64,000 nt of DNA from Octopus bimaculoides (GCF_001194135.2 NC_068981.1:31661855-31725854), one strand, 5' to 3'; shown: positions 27,101-41,045, counted from the first letter of the stretch. The notes: a model not told the origin generated them from the sequence alone. Numbers and translations: made by a program.

Positions 27101-30100
27101 GACAGAAGGTGAACTCTATTGAGCGAGTGGGAAATTGGTTTCAGTTTCGTAGTTTATGAACAAGTAATGTTACATTCCTCAAAGGAGACTACATATCACC
27201 CTCAAAATATGGCATTCTACAAATGATACAGTTGTTACCGGTTTAAGACCACTGATGCTTTAGCTTGTATTACATATCTTCATCGTTGTTGGTAATTATT
27301 TTTCTACGGCATTTTTTGTTCCTTCACGTTATTTTTCCAGCGACGTACGAGTCACAAATGTCATACGTATCTTCTTTCTTTTAGGCGGGTAGAAACTTGT
27401 TACTTTCCACTTATTTATGTCCTCACATCAAACATTATTTTCATTATAGAACGGCTTGTCACTTTTTTCAAACTGTTCCCAAATTTGTGAGAGGGTTTTT
27501 TTCTATAGTGGAAGAGATAAATAAAATGAAGAAAGCATTTAATGTATTCATTATTTTATTACATGTATAATATTCACTAATGTATGAATACTTAGTTTTA
27601 TTATTTGCGTCAACACTAGCAAGATCAGCATCAATATAATATTTTTAAAAGATGTAAAATGTAAAATACGTACAAGTTAGAGTAATAGTCAAAAGTAATG
27701 GAGTTAATACTGTGAAATATCAGCAGAAACAGTAGAAAACGTAAAAAAACTTCAACAGCAAAAAAAAGGATATATGGATTCTCTGTACTTTCATGCATAT
27801 CTGTAAGGGACTGTCGAACAAAATAGTTGATTAAGCGATGAGACACATAGACTATTACATTTTAATTTAGATCTCTTACGGAACATGGAAATTTGAAGAC
27901 TTGCTTATGAGAATTTATGTGACCAGTGTCAAAGAGTTTCTGAAAGCACATCACTGACTGAAAAAGGGATTAATAATTCGATCAGATTATGTGTTATATT
28001 AATCTGAGTAGCAGGCGAAGAAAAATGTCGTATGTGCATTGGAATAAGTGAAATCTGGTGCACCTGTATATATGCAAAATATTTGTGAGCATGAATACTA
28101 CGGTAATACTCGCGCCATTATACAACTGAATTGTCTAACATTACCCAGATTTGTAATAACTGTCTCGGTGTGATACATACCTTTATTTCCAACTAATGGT
28201 CACGCTACAAATGTACATATGTATCTCTGATGTCTCTTCTTGTAAAACGGGACTGCAGAGATACTTCAAACGACGGTAAGATTTTATAAGATAATTAAGA
28301 TTGAAGGTCATTTGACATATATTCCAATATTCCTTCTGAGTTGAAGAAGAAAGCAAATCTAAATTTCAATCGAACAGATATAATTAAACACCTTGTAAAA
28401 ATTTTCTGTTCACAAATTGCAGCAAGAAGAGAAAAATCTGCATTATTAATTGGTCATCGCTTTCATGAGATATAGAATTGAAAATCTGCGTTATTAGGGC
28501 GGTTCTTTATAATATTAAGTCGATAGTTAAACACACAAAAGTTATAAAACAGCTTCGTCAATAAATCAGAAATAATTTCCCTATACGTTACAATCCAAAT
28601 CTCTTACAACTAAATGCTGACTATTCACTAAGCAGAAGAATTGCAAATCTTGAAACAAACATTACATTTGGCTTAGCAGGCGTAAATCTTTTGGCAACAA
28701 AACATTTACATTCTGTTATACAATATTAATTCTAGATGTATGCAATAAACCCATAAACACGAAAGGAAAGACATAAATTTTCTAATATTCGTTCATGTCC
28801 ATGTCAAAAACAGCGGATAAGATTTAAAGAAGCCTCTTCAACAAAATGTACTTTTAATCTCACACGGTAAGCACTACTTCATAAATAAATAAAGATGATC
28901 AGAAGAGGTATTCAGCGAGTCAGCAACCAGGTGAATATTTTGATAAATCTGAAGAAAAGATTGGGTATATTCATANNNNNNNNNNNNNNNNNNNNNNNNN
29001 NNNNNNNNNNNNNNNNNNNNNNNNNNNNNNNNNNNNNNNNNNNNNNNNNNNNNNNNNNNNNNNNNNNNNNNNNNNNNNNNNNNNNNNNNNNNNNNNNNNN
29101 NNNNNNNNNNNNNNNNNNNNNNNNNNNNNNNNNNNNNNNNNNNNNNNNNNNNNNNNNNNNNNNNNNNNNNNNNNNNNNNNNNNNNNNNNNNNNNNNNNNN
29201 NNNNNNNNNNNNNNNNNNNNNNNNNNNNNNNNNNNNNNNNNNNNNNNNNNNNNNNNNNNNNNNNNNNNNNNNNNNNNNNNNNNNNNNNNNNNNNNNNNNN
29301 NNNNNNNNNNNNNNNNNNNNNNNNNNNNNNNNNNNNNNNNNNNNNNNNNNNNNNNNNNNNNNNNNNNNNNNNNNATATATATGCATGTATACACATACAC
29401 ATATATATGTATGTGCATAAATATATAAATAAAAAATATTTGCCAAGTAAATGATGGAAGGAAATCAGAGATTATCATGGAAAGTACATTGATGATTAAA
29501 GTTCAATTAAATATAACATTTGATCACTTGTTTTCTTTATTCAAAATTCGGACAGAACTTATAGGATGACCTGATATATATAGTTGTACGTAGATTCATA
29601 CTATACTGAAATACATGTTGTGTCGACGCCCCCAGACGATGAAGTAGGCTAGCCCAATACGTAGATATAGAAGAAGTCTAGACGTCGAGGTAGTTGAGTA
29701 GAGGTCATCCGAACGTGCGATATTTCATGAATAAATGTGATTGCGTGCGTGCGTGCTTCCATAGATAGATATATGCATGTGCTTATACGTATACAAGTGT
29801 CATACTGTTAGCTGCGCTATCTGAAACTTAATGCGTGTTATGCAAACACATATGCATATAAGCGCTCATACAATTTTGAGTCATGGCTATCTGCGACGTG
29901 TAGCTTTAAGAATGTTTGATTTACAAAGAACGGATAGCCATTAACTTTTTTTCAAAATACCTTACAGATATCTCTATATTGAACAACGACACTTCAGGTA
30001 ATTTCTGAGAATTTATCTATAATGACAATTTCTATAATTTTAAACATAAGAGTTGGTGCTGAACAGTTCCTCACTTTAAGGATATCGTGAAAAGCCTCTA

Positions 30101-30980
30101 TGTATGTATGTATGTATGTATGTATGTATCCTTTCAAGGAAAGTGACTGATAAAACAAGAACCAGAACGAAAATATAACAGCAAAGTATTAGGGTCGATC
30201 TTTTTAACTACAACACTTCAAGGAGTTGCCTCCGTATAACAGCAGACCAATGACTGAAAAGAAATTAAAAGATAATGCATTGCAATGACTGTCAGAGTAC
30301 AGTAATTTTCATTGCAGGTTACTATTATATTTCGTTTTCATTTGTCAACTACTTGTTAACCTCGACAAGCACGACCAAGTCTATTGTAGCTAAGTCGTTG
30401 TGATATCCTTGGTCTCATACATGCTTATAACAGTTAACATACCTGAAAAAGTAGTCTGGTGACAAGACTCAATTGAAATAAGTATCACTATAATTCGCCC
30501 GTTAGATCCCTGTTTTTGATATAAGTTACAATAGTAATTTCTTTTTAATATATCGTACTTCCTTACCAAGATATTTATACATATCTTTAAGGTAATATGC
30601 AAACATACTTAACTGTAAATGTATTTTCGATAATTATCATGGAATTCATATTTCAGAATCTTGTGACAGGCACTTCTTACAATAATCGTAACTATATTTC
30701 GGTAATACCAGCTACTTCGGGCAGAAATTAATGTTGTAATGACACGATTACTTCAAAGCCTTGTTGATAGCTGCCCATTGGTTATATAGTTGGTCAGCCA
30801 GGTCCCTTTTAGTGAAGACGAAATACCTGACGGGGAAAAGTGCAAGAAATATGTCTTACTTAATTTTGGGCAATAATGATCCCTACTTCAACAGATATAA
30901 TCAATCTAATATCCTTTTGATATGCAATCTCGATTTATCTTGCAAAAATTCAAAGCATCTTGCCATTAACGTGTACTTAC

Positions 30981-31037
30981 ATGGTCCTTTGTTCTGTAAA
31001 GTATTGAAACAAACAATATACTTCTAATTCGATTCAT
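30981..31037 (-). CDS. Candidate 57-nt phase 0-0 exon (MNRIRSILFVSILYRTKDH)
   Basis: Acceptor tgtctctttcag| and donor CAT|gtaagt, with one open frame. Confidence 0.25.
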
Positions 31038-31439
31038 CTGAAAGAGACATTGTATGTGAGGGAATATGAACAAGAGGGAAACAGAGCGAGAAAGGTGTGA
31101 TTAAGAACCAGAGAGAGATAAGGATTGAGAGATTTTGTAGAAAGGGAAATTGTTACGGCTATATAACGTAATAACTGAAATGTACTAAAATGTATTTAAC
31201 TTTCACTTAAATTTAACTTTATTCATGCCAACAAAATTAAATGATATTCAAATAACTACAAATATAACTTCAAGAATATTACTATATTAGAGAGCGCCTT
31301 TAAAAGAAGAAATAACCTAAGGACGTACTTTCTTGGCCTTAGATGCAAATAGCCCGTTCCCGTTCTTAAATGTATTTATGCTTAGTCAAAAGTAGAAGAT
31401 TAATGTGTAGGTATTAGTGCGAGGAGGTGGTGAAATTAC

Positions 31440-31490
31440 CTTTGATATAATCGACCAACAAACGACAAAATTGATATTCACTTTCGACAT
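31440..31490 (-). CDS. Candidate 51-nt exon (VESEYQFCRLLVDYIK or MSKVNINFVVCWSIISK)
   Basis: Acceptor ccactttacag| and donor AAG|gtaatt, with two open frames. Confidence 0.35.
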
Positions 31491-31994
31491 CTGTAAAGTG
31501 GATCATGCAGGAAATATTTGATCGAGATTTCGTTACAAAGTATTGTTCTTCCGAATGTTTCATGTGTGAGATCCGCCTAATTGATATCAAAATAAAATAA
31601 GAATAAAGAAATTAATTAGAATGTATGTATCTGTTCGGCTCAGATGAAAAAGAGCATATAGCTTACTTATAATACTGAGTGGAAACAACTGAAGATACCA
31701 AGAAAGAAGGCTGACGATTGCAGGTTGCTAGTAAAAGCATTTTAATGTTATATGCAACTTTTGACTGTGTAGCATGAAGAAATGAAGCAAATATGTTAGA
31801 GGTAGACATGTTTGTTAAGCTTGGGTCTTGTACAAAACGAGGAAAAATCGAGAGTTAAAATATTTTTAGGCCCCGAAGTAGAAGACTAATTTCTTACTCA
31901 TTTCGGGAATGTTGGTACACGTCTCCAGCTGCAATTACTGTGGAGAAAATTTTCTCATATGGTATGTATATATCTTTTATCATATATCTTTATT

Positions 31995-32200
31995 TTTTTA
32001 CTTGTTTCACTCATTTAACAGCAGCCATGCCGGGGCATCGCTTTGAAAGGTTTTAGTCCAACAAATCTAAACCAGTGTAGGTTTTTAAGCCTGGCACGTC
32101 TTCTACCGATCGCTTAGCCAAACCGCTAGATTGCGGAGACGTAAATACATCAACACTGATAGTCAGTCGGTGGGGGAAAACACAAGCATGAAGATACGCA
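31995..32200 (-). mobile_element. SINE family B, 3' half
   Basis: Matches the 3' half of 53455-53856 (cttgtttca...gccatgc...ccgcta.gtta.cgg.gacgtaaa). Confidence 0.75.
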
Positions 32201-32701
32201 TGTGTTTATTGGCAAATGACCGTCCCAAAACATAGCAATATCTGTTTCAACACACGATTTCTCATCAGGAATCTCAGAAAACAAATTATGTATTTGTTTT
32301 TACATAAATCCACGCACATATACATGTATTTCTGTGCATGTATTTATGACTGGACGTACGTACGTATGTATTGTTTTCAGGCGTCCTATAATAAACCGAT
32401 GCACAGATTCTTTACTGCAGGCTAACGAAAGATGTTAATATAAATCTCGACTATCGTTTATGTTGGTCTACTCATCGTCCAATTTTATTTCATGAGTATT
32501 GTAGTAACGTTTAGATAAAATAAAATTAGATACTGTTATGAATACGATTTCAAGCGACTGTATCATAATATGAAATAACATGAAGATTCGGAAAGTGATG
32601 TTGCATTCTCCATTCTGATGCAACGTTTCCCCCGGAGAATCTATCGTAGCAGCTTCGAACAACGCCAGGTGACTTTTGTTCATTCATGATGCATGCCTCA
32701 C

Positions 32702-32755
32702 CTGATCTAATATGTTAATGCATTTAGATAACTTCTGTGTCAACTTCGTTTTTTC
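32702..32755 (-). CDS. Candidate 54-nt phase 0-0 exon (EKTKLTQKLSKCINILDQ)
   Basis: Acceptor cttcaattaacag| and strong donor CAG|gtgagg, with an open frame. Confidence 0.4.
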
Positions 32756-33724
32756 CTGTTAATTGAAGCATAGTAGATAATAAATAAAATTATTAAAGCT
32801 TAAGCGAAAGGCAAGTCAGTAATTTTCTTAAAAATAAATGTAATTTAAGACCTGGAATATTTTAAATGAGAATACCATTAATGGCAATTGAATACATGGA
32901 GGTTTCTACAGATTTTCAATATTTTAATTTTTCTGATAAAATTTCTAGGACAAATTCATATAAATGTTTCACTGAAAATACAGATTCCTAATTCGCTTTC
33001 TTATCTTTTCCTCCTTTCCTCCATTAACTGTTAGGTATGCCTTTATGTTAACTTTAATTTTATTGAGAATTTGTTATTTCTAATAGAATTTCATTAAAAA
33101 TAAATGAATAGAACAGCATAAATCCCAAGTAAATTTTCTAAATATTTTATCTTATTTTTTAGTGCTTTGATATTAAATACATTAGACATAATTTTTTGTT
33201 CTCTTGGGAAATTTTTCTAAGAAAGAGGTATGTGCAATATGTTTAAATATGCGTTCCTTGCCCTAGGCTGTACATTATATCTCTAGAGGTGTCTTTCTTC
33301 CTGTATAGTGACTACGGATAAATGTGAAATATATTTGTCTGAGAATTGTCGCTTGTGAAAAGCTATTGAAATATTTTACAACACGAAATATGAAATCTAT
33401 GTACTTAACCGAAATTCTGCATTGAATAAGAGAAAAAGACAAAAACAATTCAGAAAGTAAATAAAGAAATAGGTAAATAAAATAAAATAAAATAAAATAA
33501 ATAAATAATGATAATACTGAAGAACACATAGTCGAATGAATTGCCACCAGAAATTATTTTTTAAAAGTCTAGTATAGATTTTATAGATCATTTTGCTAAA
33601 TCGCTAGATTACGGTGACGTAAATATACCAACACCAGTTGTCAATTGGTGATGGAAAACGAATACAGACACAACTATACGCACACACACACGCATATACA
33701 TACATACATACATACAGAGTAGAG

Positions 33725-34130
33725 AGCCCATAGGGAATGATTAGCGGTTTTTAATGCCAGGTTTACATTCCGAGTTTAAATTCCGTCGATGTCTACTTGG
33801 TTTCGGGGTCGATAAAATAAGTACCAGCAGAGCACTGATGCTGACGTACTCAACATAACCCCTACCAAACTTGCTGGCCTTGTGACATCATTTGTAGCTG
33901 TTATTATTATCATCATCCTCATCATCATCATCCTTAGAGTGACTTGTTGGCAGAGTCGCTAGTATGCTGGGCAAAATCTTCAGCGGCTTTCCTTCCGTCC
34001 CAGCCAGGTCAATTTTGCTTTTCATCTTTTCAGTATCGATAAAATGAATATCAGTCGAGCATTGGGGTTGACGTAATCGAGTAGCCCCCACGCCTTGTAA
34101 TTGCTGGCCTTGTGCCCAAATTAGAAAGAA
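33725..34130 (+). mobile_element. Two tandem diverged SINE family A copies
   Basis: About 33725-33890 and 33930-34130. Both carry tttcggggtcgataaaataagtaccag-like cores and gctggccttgtg tails. Confidence 0.75.
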
Positions 34131-34932
34131 TTGTATTTTTATTATAACTGCTGCTTTTATTGCGATTGCTTGTCACTTATTGTGGAAGCTCCATGAGTTC
34201 GCGTACTGTTTTTCTTATTAAAGGGTTGCATTATTCATTGTCTCATTTTGGAATTAAGTTGACCAGATATATGACGGTGTGATCAGCTGTTTTTTACTCG
34301 CCCATGACGTTAAGTTTTGAATGAAAGAATTTTTCCAAAGCAAAGCAAAAATTTTCAAAATAGATGTTACATATGCAGTTGGCCAGCGAGGCAGAAGTTA
34401 AGAAGTAATTTTAAAAGTGAAATTTTGCATGCAGTCAACACCTCCAACCATACAGTATTTCAGCCTTAGAAATAACAAGTAATAGGAGCATCACTATTAA
34501 TAGCTAAATTAACAGTTACACCAACCATAGCAACAGCTACAATATATCAAACAAAGCTGCAGAGAGTACTTAAAATCAAAAGTTTGAAGAAAAAGTTCAT
34601 TACCGCAACAAACACTAGACCAATAATGATCAATTACTACACGTGGCTTCAACAATAACAGAAAAACAGCAACACAAGTAGTGAAAGCCATGTTAAAAGC
34701 TTTTTTGCTGTTGCAAAACATTTACCGGACAAAAACAATAAAACAACACTTGGAATAAGAAGAAAGCAAAACATAACAGCACAGAACCAGGAAAAGACTT
34801 TTGAAGAGACAATGCAAGTAATATTTTCACATCATGCTGAACCCTGCTTCAAAAGCTTCTGGAAGGTCATTGGTTTTCTGACAGGAGCCAGGTTTATTGT
34901 ATTTATACGGATGTTTTCTCTCTCAGAAATCC

Positions 34933-35260
34933 TTATATGGAGCTCTCATCATTCTCACATAGAATCTTGGAATTTACTGTGACACAAATCAACATGAGAC
35001 GGAGAATGATCAGGTTACAAATTTGGAACCCAACACCAGATCTAGATTTCTGGTGGGTGGTAAAATGTATTGTATTGGAGAGGGCAACAATTAAAACTAT
35101 TCCCACCGGAAAACTGGGCTGGGATGGAGCAGGAGATTTAGATTTCAGTGAAAACTGGGATACTGAGCAGGATTCTCGACGTAATCCCCGTCGGGTAGCA
35201 ATAGAAGGAAACGGTGAAGGATAGAGGGCCAAGCAGTTATAGTTTTCGAAACACCTATAA
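34933..35260 (+). pseudogene. Unassigned decayed ORF, possibly a LINE ORF1-like fragment
   Basis: Open 95-aa frame ILEFTVTQINMRRRMIRLQIWNPTPDLDFWWVV...GWDGAGDL...IEGNGEG* in GC-richer DNA. No diagnostic motif. Confidence 0.25.
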
Positions 35261-37079
35261 CCGTGAGAATTTTCGTCCAAACAGCAAGAGAAATAGACAG
35301 TTAAAGAGAAGCCTCCGCTACTAACATCATATCAACAAGTACAGCAGTTACAATACCAACAGACACAATAAAACCTGCACACAACCTTAGTAATAGTCAT
35401 TGCTTCAATGGTGCAAAGAAGACCAACAATGACATTAACAATAGAAGAAAGAATAATAAAAGAAGAAAAGAAGTACCGCCTACAGGACTTGATATATCAC
35501 AATGAATAAAAAAATTAGCACGGGATGCATGAGAAATTCAGACCAGTCAAGATGTAATCGGCCACTAATATTTATTGGCTGTCCACACAGCAGCCGGTTT
35601 CAGTCCCGCTTTCGGACTAAATTGCTGTAACGTACAGTGACATCTGCTCAGTGGCTAGAGAGAATGACTACCTAACGTAACGATTCAGTATCATTTGCCC
35701 GGTCCATCAAAGATGACAACTGTCTTGTCTTCTGTATGTTCTGTCTCTCACGTAACTACAGCGCAAAGATCAGATTTTGAGTATCTCATGCGAAATAAAA
35801 TACGGAAGATTTTTAACGGAAAATGCAGAAGGTGTAGTCTTGCGCGAACTAATCAGAGTGTACTATTCAGCAAAGAATATGATAGAACTTACATAACTTT
35901 TTTATTTTTTAAAATTTTTACTAATCGACTTATCCATCTCTGATAAAGCAGAGTCAAGTATGTTTTCTTTAATATTGTTGGGAATTCGACCAATCAATTA
36001 ATTTGAAAGAACAAAATAAAAGTTGAAAACTCGTGTATAACACAGAAATCCATCTACGATATGATAGAAATTGGACGGAAATTCTAAAAACCAGGTTTGT
36101 AGATAATGATGTTTTGAGAATCAGTAGGTTTGTTAGCAACGCTGAAAAGTGAAAATATTCGTTTATGTCTTAGTTTAATTGACGTGTCATTGCTCATGAA
36201 TTTTGTACAAAGCCTTCGTGACTGATAACGAATAGATGTACTCTATAACCGATACTTATGTATAAAGAAGTGCACCAAAATATCAATCTAAGCTGTTTTC
36301 CGACTGGTAATACATCTTCTAATGTTTACAACATAGTGGATACTGGAAAAGACTTGATCTTAAACCTATCGGTCGGTGCAGTTAGGTCGAAACGTTTTGA
36401 TTTCTATACAGGAAGTGTCGGTATGAGATGATTAAATGCATTGGGAGTTGTTATTGTGTATTAAAGAATCCAGCCTCGATAGATTCAAGGAGAACGAAAT
36501 CGATTTTAATAATTCACCTGACGAAACTGCGGTAAATCCTAATCTAGAAATATCTCTTCAACTTGATTTTAGGTATTTATTTATTTGGCTCATCGGCCAG
36601 CATTACGCCATTTTTAAATAAGCGCATGCATAACAGTAGCGATGTAAGTGATGTTAAAATCGTGATGCTTACTTCACACTCAATAAATAGTTGTAAACAC
36701 TTTATTCTCAATATGCAAATGCGATAGTCAATGAAAGCATTTACTACTTCAACATACAATAACAACGACATTGTTTTGGAAACTGTTCTAAAGGACAAAA
36801 AGGAAAGAAAACGTCTGTAAGTGAAAGAAAAATAAACAATTACCGTTAGAAGTAATGGTGGAAAAAATACTTTTATATTTAAACATTGACGCTTCTTAAC
36901 GATATATGCTTGCTGTAGGCTAAAATTTAATAAATGATTCAACAGACATGTGTCTTGTAGCAACGTTTCAATGCAGATGAGAGGACGTAGTTCAAGACGA
37001 AGAAGTAATCGAGAAAGATGAAGTAGAATAAGTCGCAGAATGACACCTACGACAACAATCGCTTCAGAAAGATAATAGT

Positions 37080-37097
37080 GATAACAACAACGACGGC

Positions 37098-37141
<44 letters not shown>

Positions 37142-37160
37142 TAATAATAATGATAATAAT
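37080..37160. repeat. (AAT)n microsatellite
   Basis: Directly visible. Confidence 0.95.
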
Positions 37161-37351
37161 AATGAAGTTGCACGTATTTTGCAATTTCCAATTCCGGTAT
37201 TACTAAATCGGAAATGAGCAAACTAAGTGTGCCTCTGAGGAACATGGCTGCTACAGATAAAATAAATTTTCCATTTAAATTGATTTCAGCTTAAACTTAA
37301 AACAAATGTTCGTACGGTCTCACCTCCAGATGATTATGCTCGGAATAGATA

Positions 37352-37354
<3 letters not shown>

Positions 37355-37448
<94 letters not shown>

Positions 37449-37479
37449 TTCTCNNNNNNNNNNNNNNNNNNNNNNNNNN

Positions 37480-37533
<54 letters not shown>
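37355..37533. repeat. (CA)n-(CT)n microsatellite spanning a short gap
   Basis: Directly visible. Confidence 0.95.
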
Positions 37534-37536
<3 letters not shown>

Positions 37537-37641
37537 ACTCTGAACAATAAAGATAAAACTTTGCCTTTCGGGCTCTTTTCACTAGAAATGGACTTCATAC
37601 ATTCTAAAACAGTTTTATTTCTATTCCTGCTTGTCACTTCT

Positions 37642-37794
37642 GTTCTTCTTCTTCTTCTTCTTCTTCTTCTTCTTCTTCTTCTTCTTCTTCTTCTTCTACT
37701 ATTACTACTATTACTACAACGATGACGACGACCACAACCATCACCACTACCACCACAAGCACCACCACCACAAGCACCACCAGCATCACCACTA

Positions 37795-37840
<46 letters not shown>

Positions 37841-37853
37841 GCTACTACTACTA
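37642..37853. repeat. Compound triplet array (CTT)n-(ACT/ATT)-(CAC)n-(ACT)n
   Basis: Directly visible. Confidence 0.95.
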
Positions 37854-38070
37854 CAATTTCATATATGCACAACAGATTAGACTGCTGGAAAAAATTCCTA
37901 ACATTGGGCTACAACAAGTAACCCCTGATTTGGCAGATTCTACGAGAGCCTGCTGTCAGAGGTTTCACAGGGTCTCTTTCTGCACATTATAAGCTTTGTT
38001 ATTTTATTATTAATTATCGTGGAAGACATTCAACATCCAAGTACCAATCTCAACATCCTAGCTGTCCCCA

Positions 38071-38273
38071 GCAGGGCGGCGAGCTGACAGAATCATTAGC
38101 ACGCCGGACAAATGCTGAGTAGCCTTTGGCCCATCTTTACGTTCAGAGTTCAAATTACGTCGAGGCCAACTTTGTCTTCATCATTTCGGGGTCGATAAAC
38201 ACCGGTGAAACACTGGAGCCGATCTAATCGACTTATCTCCTCCTCGCCAAATTTAAGGCCTTTAGTAGAAAGG

Positions 38274-38274
<1 letters not shown>
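38071..38274 (+). mobile_element. SINE family A ending in (ATT)n
   Basis: GGCGGCGAGCTGACAGAATCATTAGC head, GAGTTCAAAT B-box-like motif and core. The tail runs into the (ATT)n array. Confidence 0.88.
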
Positions 38275-38332
<58 letters not shown>

Positions 38333-38353
38333 CATTATTATCATTATTACTAT

Positions 38354-38409
<56 letters not shown>

Positions 38410-38423
38410 TCATTATTATTATT
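38275..38423. repeat. (ATT)n/(ACT)n microsatellite at the 3' end of the Dong copy
   Basis: Directly visible. Confidence 0.97.
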
Positions 38424-39368
38424 CAGGAGTCTTATTTTCATAAAGTGCTTTCACTCTGCATTACCGAGCGCGACTCTGTGTGCCTTGGGTACGTGCTGTG
38501 GTTTGCTGTGATGCTCTTATGGTTATTGTATTGAAAGTGTTTTACATAGGATGCGTGCAGTGCCTAGTAGTGCTATTTTCTGTATGTTATATATATTTGT
38601 TAGTACTGGTATTTTTGTTATGTATTTGTCTGAATATTTTTTATCCTACCTAAGCTTTGGTCTTGAGCAGCTAATATGAAACCTTCACTCTCTGCTTTTA
38701 GCCCTGAGCTTCATAACCATTCGTGCGTGTTTTTCTGGTCGATATCAGCTTGTTTGCTACGGGCCACATACTTGCCATGAAAAGGTTTCTGTTCCCGTCT
38801 GCTAGCTAATGTTTCATGTGCTTTTGTCTTTGCAATTAATTTTATTTTCTTTGCAGCAGCAGTTGGCGCATTTCCGTCAACCTGATCAAGCTAGTGAGTA
38901 TCTAAGAGTTCGGTAGCGAATTTTTGGCTCTCTTTCAGAATAGAGTGAAGTTTTTCTGTCTTTTATGTTTTTGAACAAGTTTTAGTATCCAATCGCTGGT
39001 TGTTTCAAGGTATTTGGCCAGTCCGATTGTGGTGGTTTTGTACGTAAGTTCAAGCTGGATCAAGCCTCCACCTCCCTGAGCTCTGGGAAGGTAAAGACGA
39101 TCCACGTCTGCCTTTGAATGGTGCATTTTATTACAAGTCAGTAGCTTGCGGATTTTGCTATCAATTTTTATTATTTCACTGATATTCCAGTTAAACACAT
39201 TGAAGCTATAAAGAACAGCTGGGACTGCTAAGGAATTTATGGCTAACGTCTTATTATATGCATTCAGCTCAGACTTCAGAACTGCTCGAACTCTTCTATA
39301 GCATTCCCTCCTAACCTTTGCTTGCATGCTGGATACCAGAGCCTTCATTTATTCCTAGGTATTTATAG

Positions 39369-39370
<2 letters not shown>
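38424..39370 (-). mobile_element. 5'-truncated, internally deleted R4/Dong-clade non-LTR retrotransposon
   Basis: YKYLGI...YRRVRAVLKSELNAYNKTLAINSLAVP...HHSKADVDRLYLPRAQGGGGL, then WEQKPFHGKY...LKAESEGFILAAQDQSL joined near 38650 to the C-terminus IQKIALLGTARILCKTLSIQ*. A short 3' UTR ends in (AAT)n. Confidence 0.9.

Positions 39371-39463
<93 letters not shown>
39371..39463. repeat. Pure (ATT)n microsatellite at the 5' junction of the Dong copy
   Basis: Directly visible. Confidence 0.97.
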
Positions 39464-39464
<1 letters not shown>

Positions 39465-39499
39465 GTGGAAATTAAAAGAAGAGTGCCATTGTTATCTAG

Positions 39500-39540
39500 T
39501 GAACGATACTTCGGCATCTTGTGTGTCTTCAACTAGTTCA
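39500..39540 (-). ncRNA. Degenerate hammerhead-like motif
   Basis: Minus strand: stem I TGAAC/GTTCA (5 bp), core TAGTTGAA, stem II GACA-cacaaga-TGCC, then GAAG-TATC. The second copy at 39653-39675 has the better stem II and core end, GACA/TGTC-GAAA-TATC. Confidence 0.35.
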
Positions 39541-39618
39541 AAAAATAAATTTGTCATTCTACTTCATTTTGGTTAATATAGAAAGGATTGAGGTAACTTC
39601 TCCTGAAGATATAGAGTC

Positions 39619-39712
39619 AAAATTAAAAGAGTGCCATTCTTATCTAGTGAACGACACACAAGATGTCGAAATATCGTACACTAGATAACAACGGCACTCT
39701 TCTTTTAATTTT
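39619..39712. repeat. Imperfect ~35-bp-arm inverted repeat built from copies of 39469-39528
   Basis: aattaaaagagtgccattcttatctagtgaacga ... tcgtacactagataacaacggcactcttcttttaatt. Confidence 0.85.
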
Positions 39713-40434
39713 TCTATAGGCAGAATATTTTAGGATCTGAGGTAATATTCACATTTTTGTCAGTAGATAAGTTATGATATGAAGAACATTTGGCTGTTAT
39801 ATCTGGCTCATCGAGCAAAAACATAAAAACTTCCTAGTTGACTTCATAGGTTGTTGATATTTTCTTATTTTGCATATAGGCTGTATAAGAAAGAAAAACA
39901 TGAAGATTCTTCTTGTAATTGGAGATGTCGAGTTCGTTTATTACATTAAGTTACAGTCGTAGCCAACTCCATAGATCTGAAGGTAAAATGGAATATACAA
40001 CCATATATTAGAGGAAATGTTGCTAAAAATTATGTTCGACATTTCAGATTGAAATCCTTTAACGCATTCTAATAGAAACGTAGCTGACAAGAGGAGAGGG
40101 ATGGATCTAGAAAGGGACTCTTATATTAAACACAATTTTCTTTAATACTTATAAAAGAAAAGGCATATAAGTGGATAAAACGACACAATTACAGAGAAAT
40201 CAACTCGTAAATATATAATGAAAACAATGACAGAGCAAGCAAATGTAGTGCGTGCGTTGAATACATGTAAAATAGATTGCAACCAAATTTCTGTGGAAGT
40301 TTCTCAGCACAAGATTAACTGTAAGTTTTTCAGTTCAGAAAATCATTTACGAATTTAACTATAATTGATGTAACTTTTAGTCTCTCAGGCTAAATGTTTA
40401 CACATATTCAGTACATTCGTGCGTATAAATGTAC

Positions 40435-40626
40435 ATACATACATACATACATACATACATACATACTTACACACATACATACATACATACATACACACAT
40501 ACATACATACATACATACATGCATACATACACACATACATATATACATACATACATGCATTCATATATATGTGTAGATAGATAGACATGTATGTACATGT
40601 ATATGAAGAGGCAAATATGTGACTAT

Positions 40627-40685
<59 letters not shown>

Positions 40686-40870
40686 AATATAAATACACAT
40701 ATACATATATACACACATACATATACAAATATAAGTACACTCATGCACAGAGATATGCGCAAACACACGCACTCTCCCAAACACATGAACACGCGCGCAC
40801 ACACACACGTATATGTTATAGTTATATATATATATATAAGTGTATATGTCTTTGTGTGTATATATATATA

Positions 40871-40926
<56 letters not shown>

Positions 40927-41045
40927 ATCATATATATATATAAATATATTCATCCCTATATTTATATTCATATATATATATACATATATTTATTCATATA
41001 TACATGGATATGTATAAATTTATATATATATATATATATAAATAC
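40435..41045. repeat. Long degenerate (TACA)n/(CA)n/(TA)n field
   Basis: Directly visible. Confidence 0.95.

Noticed and set aside
29630-29670. CGATGAAG-taGGCTAGCCc-AATACGTAG as a decayed hammerhead
   Set aside because: At least three core mismatches and no stem I support.
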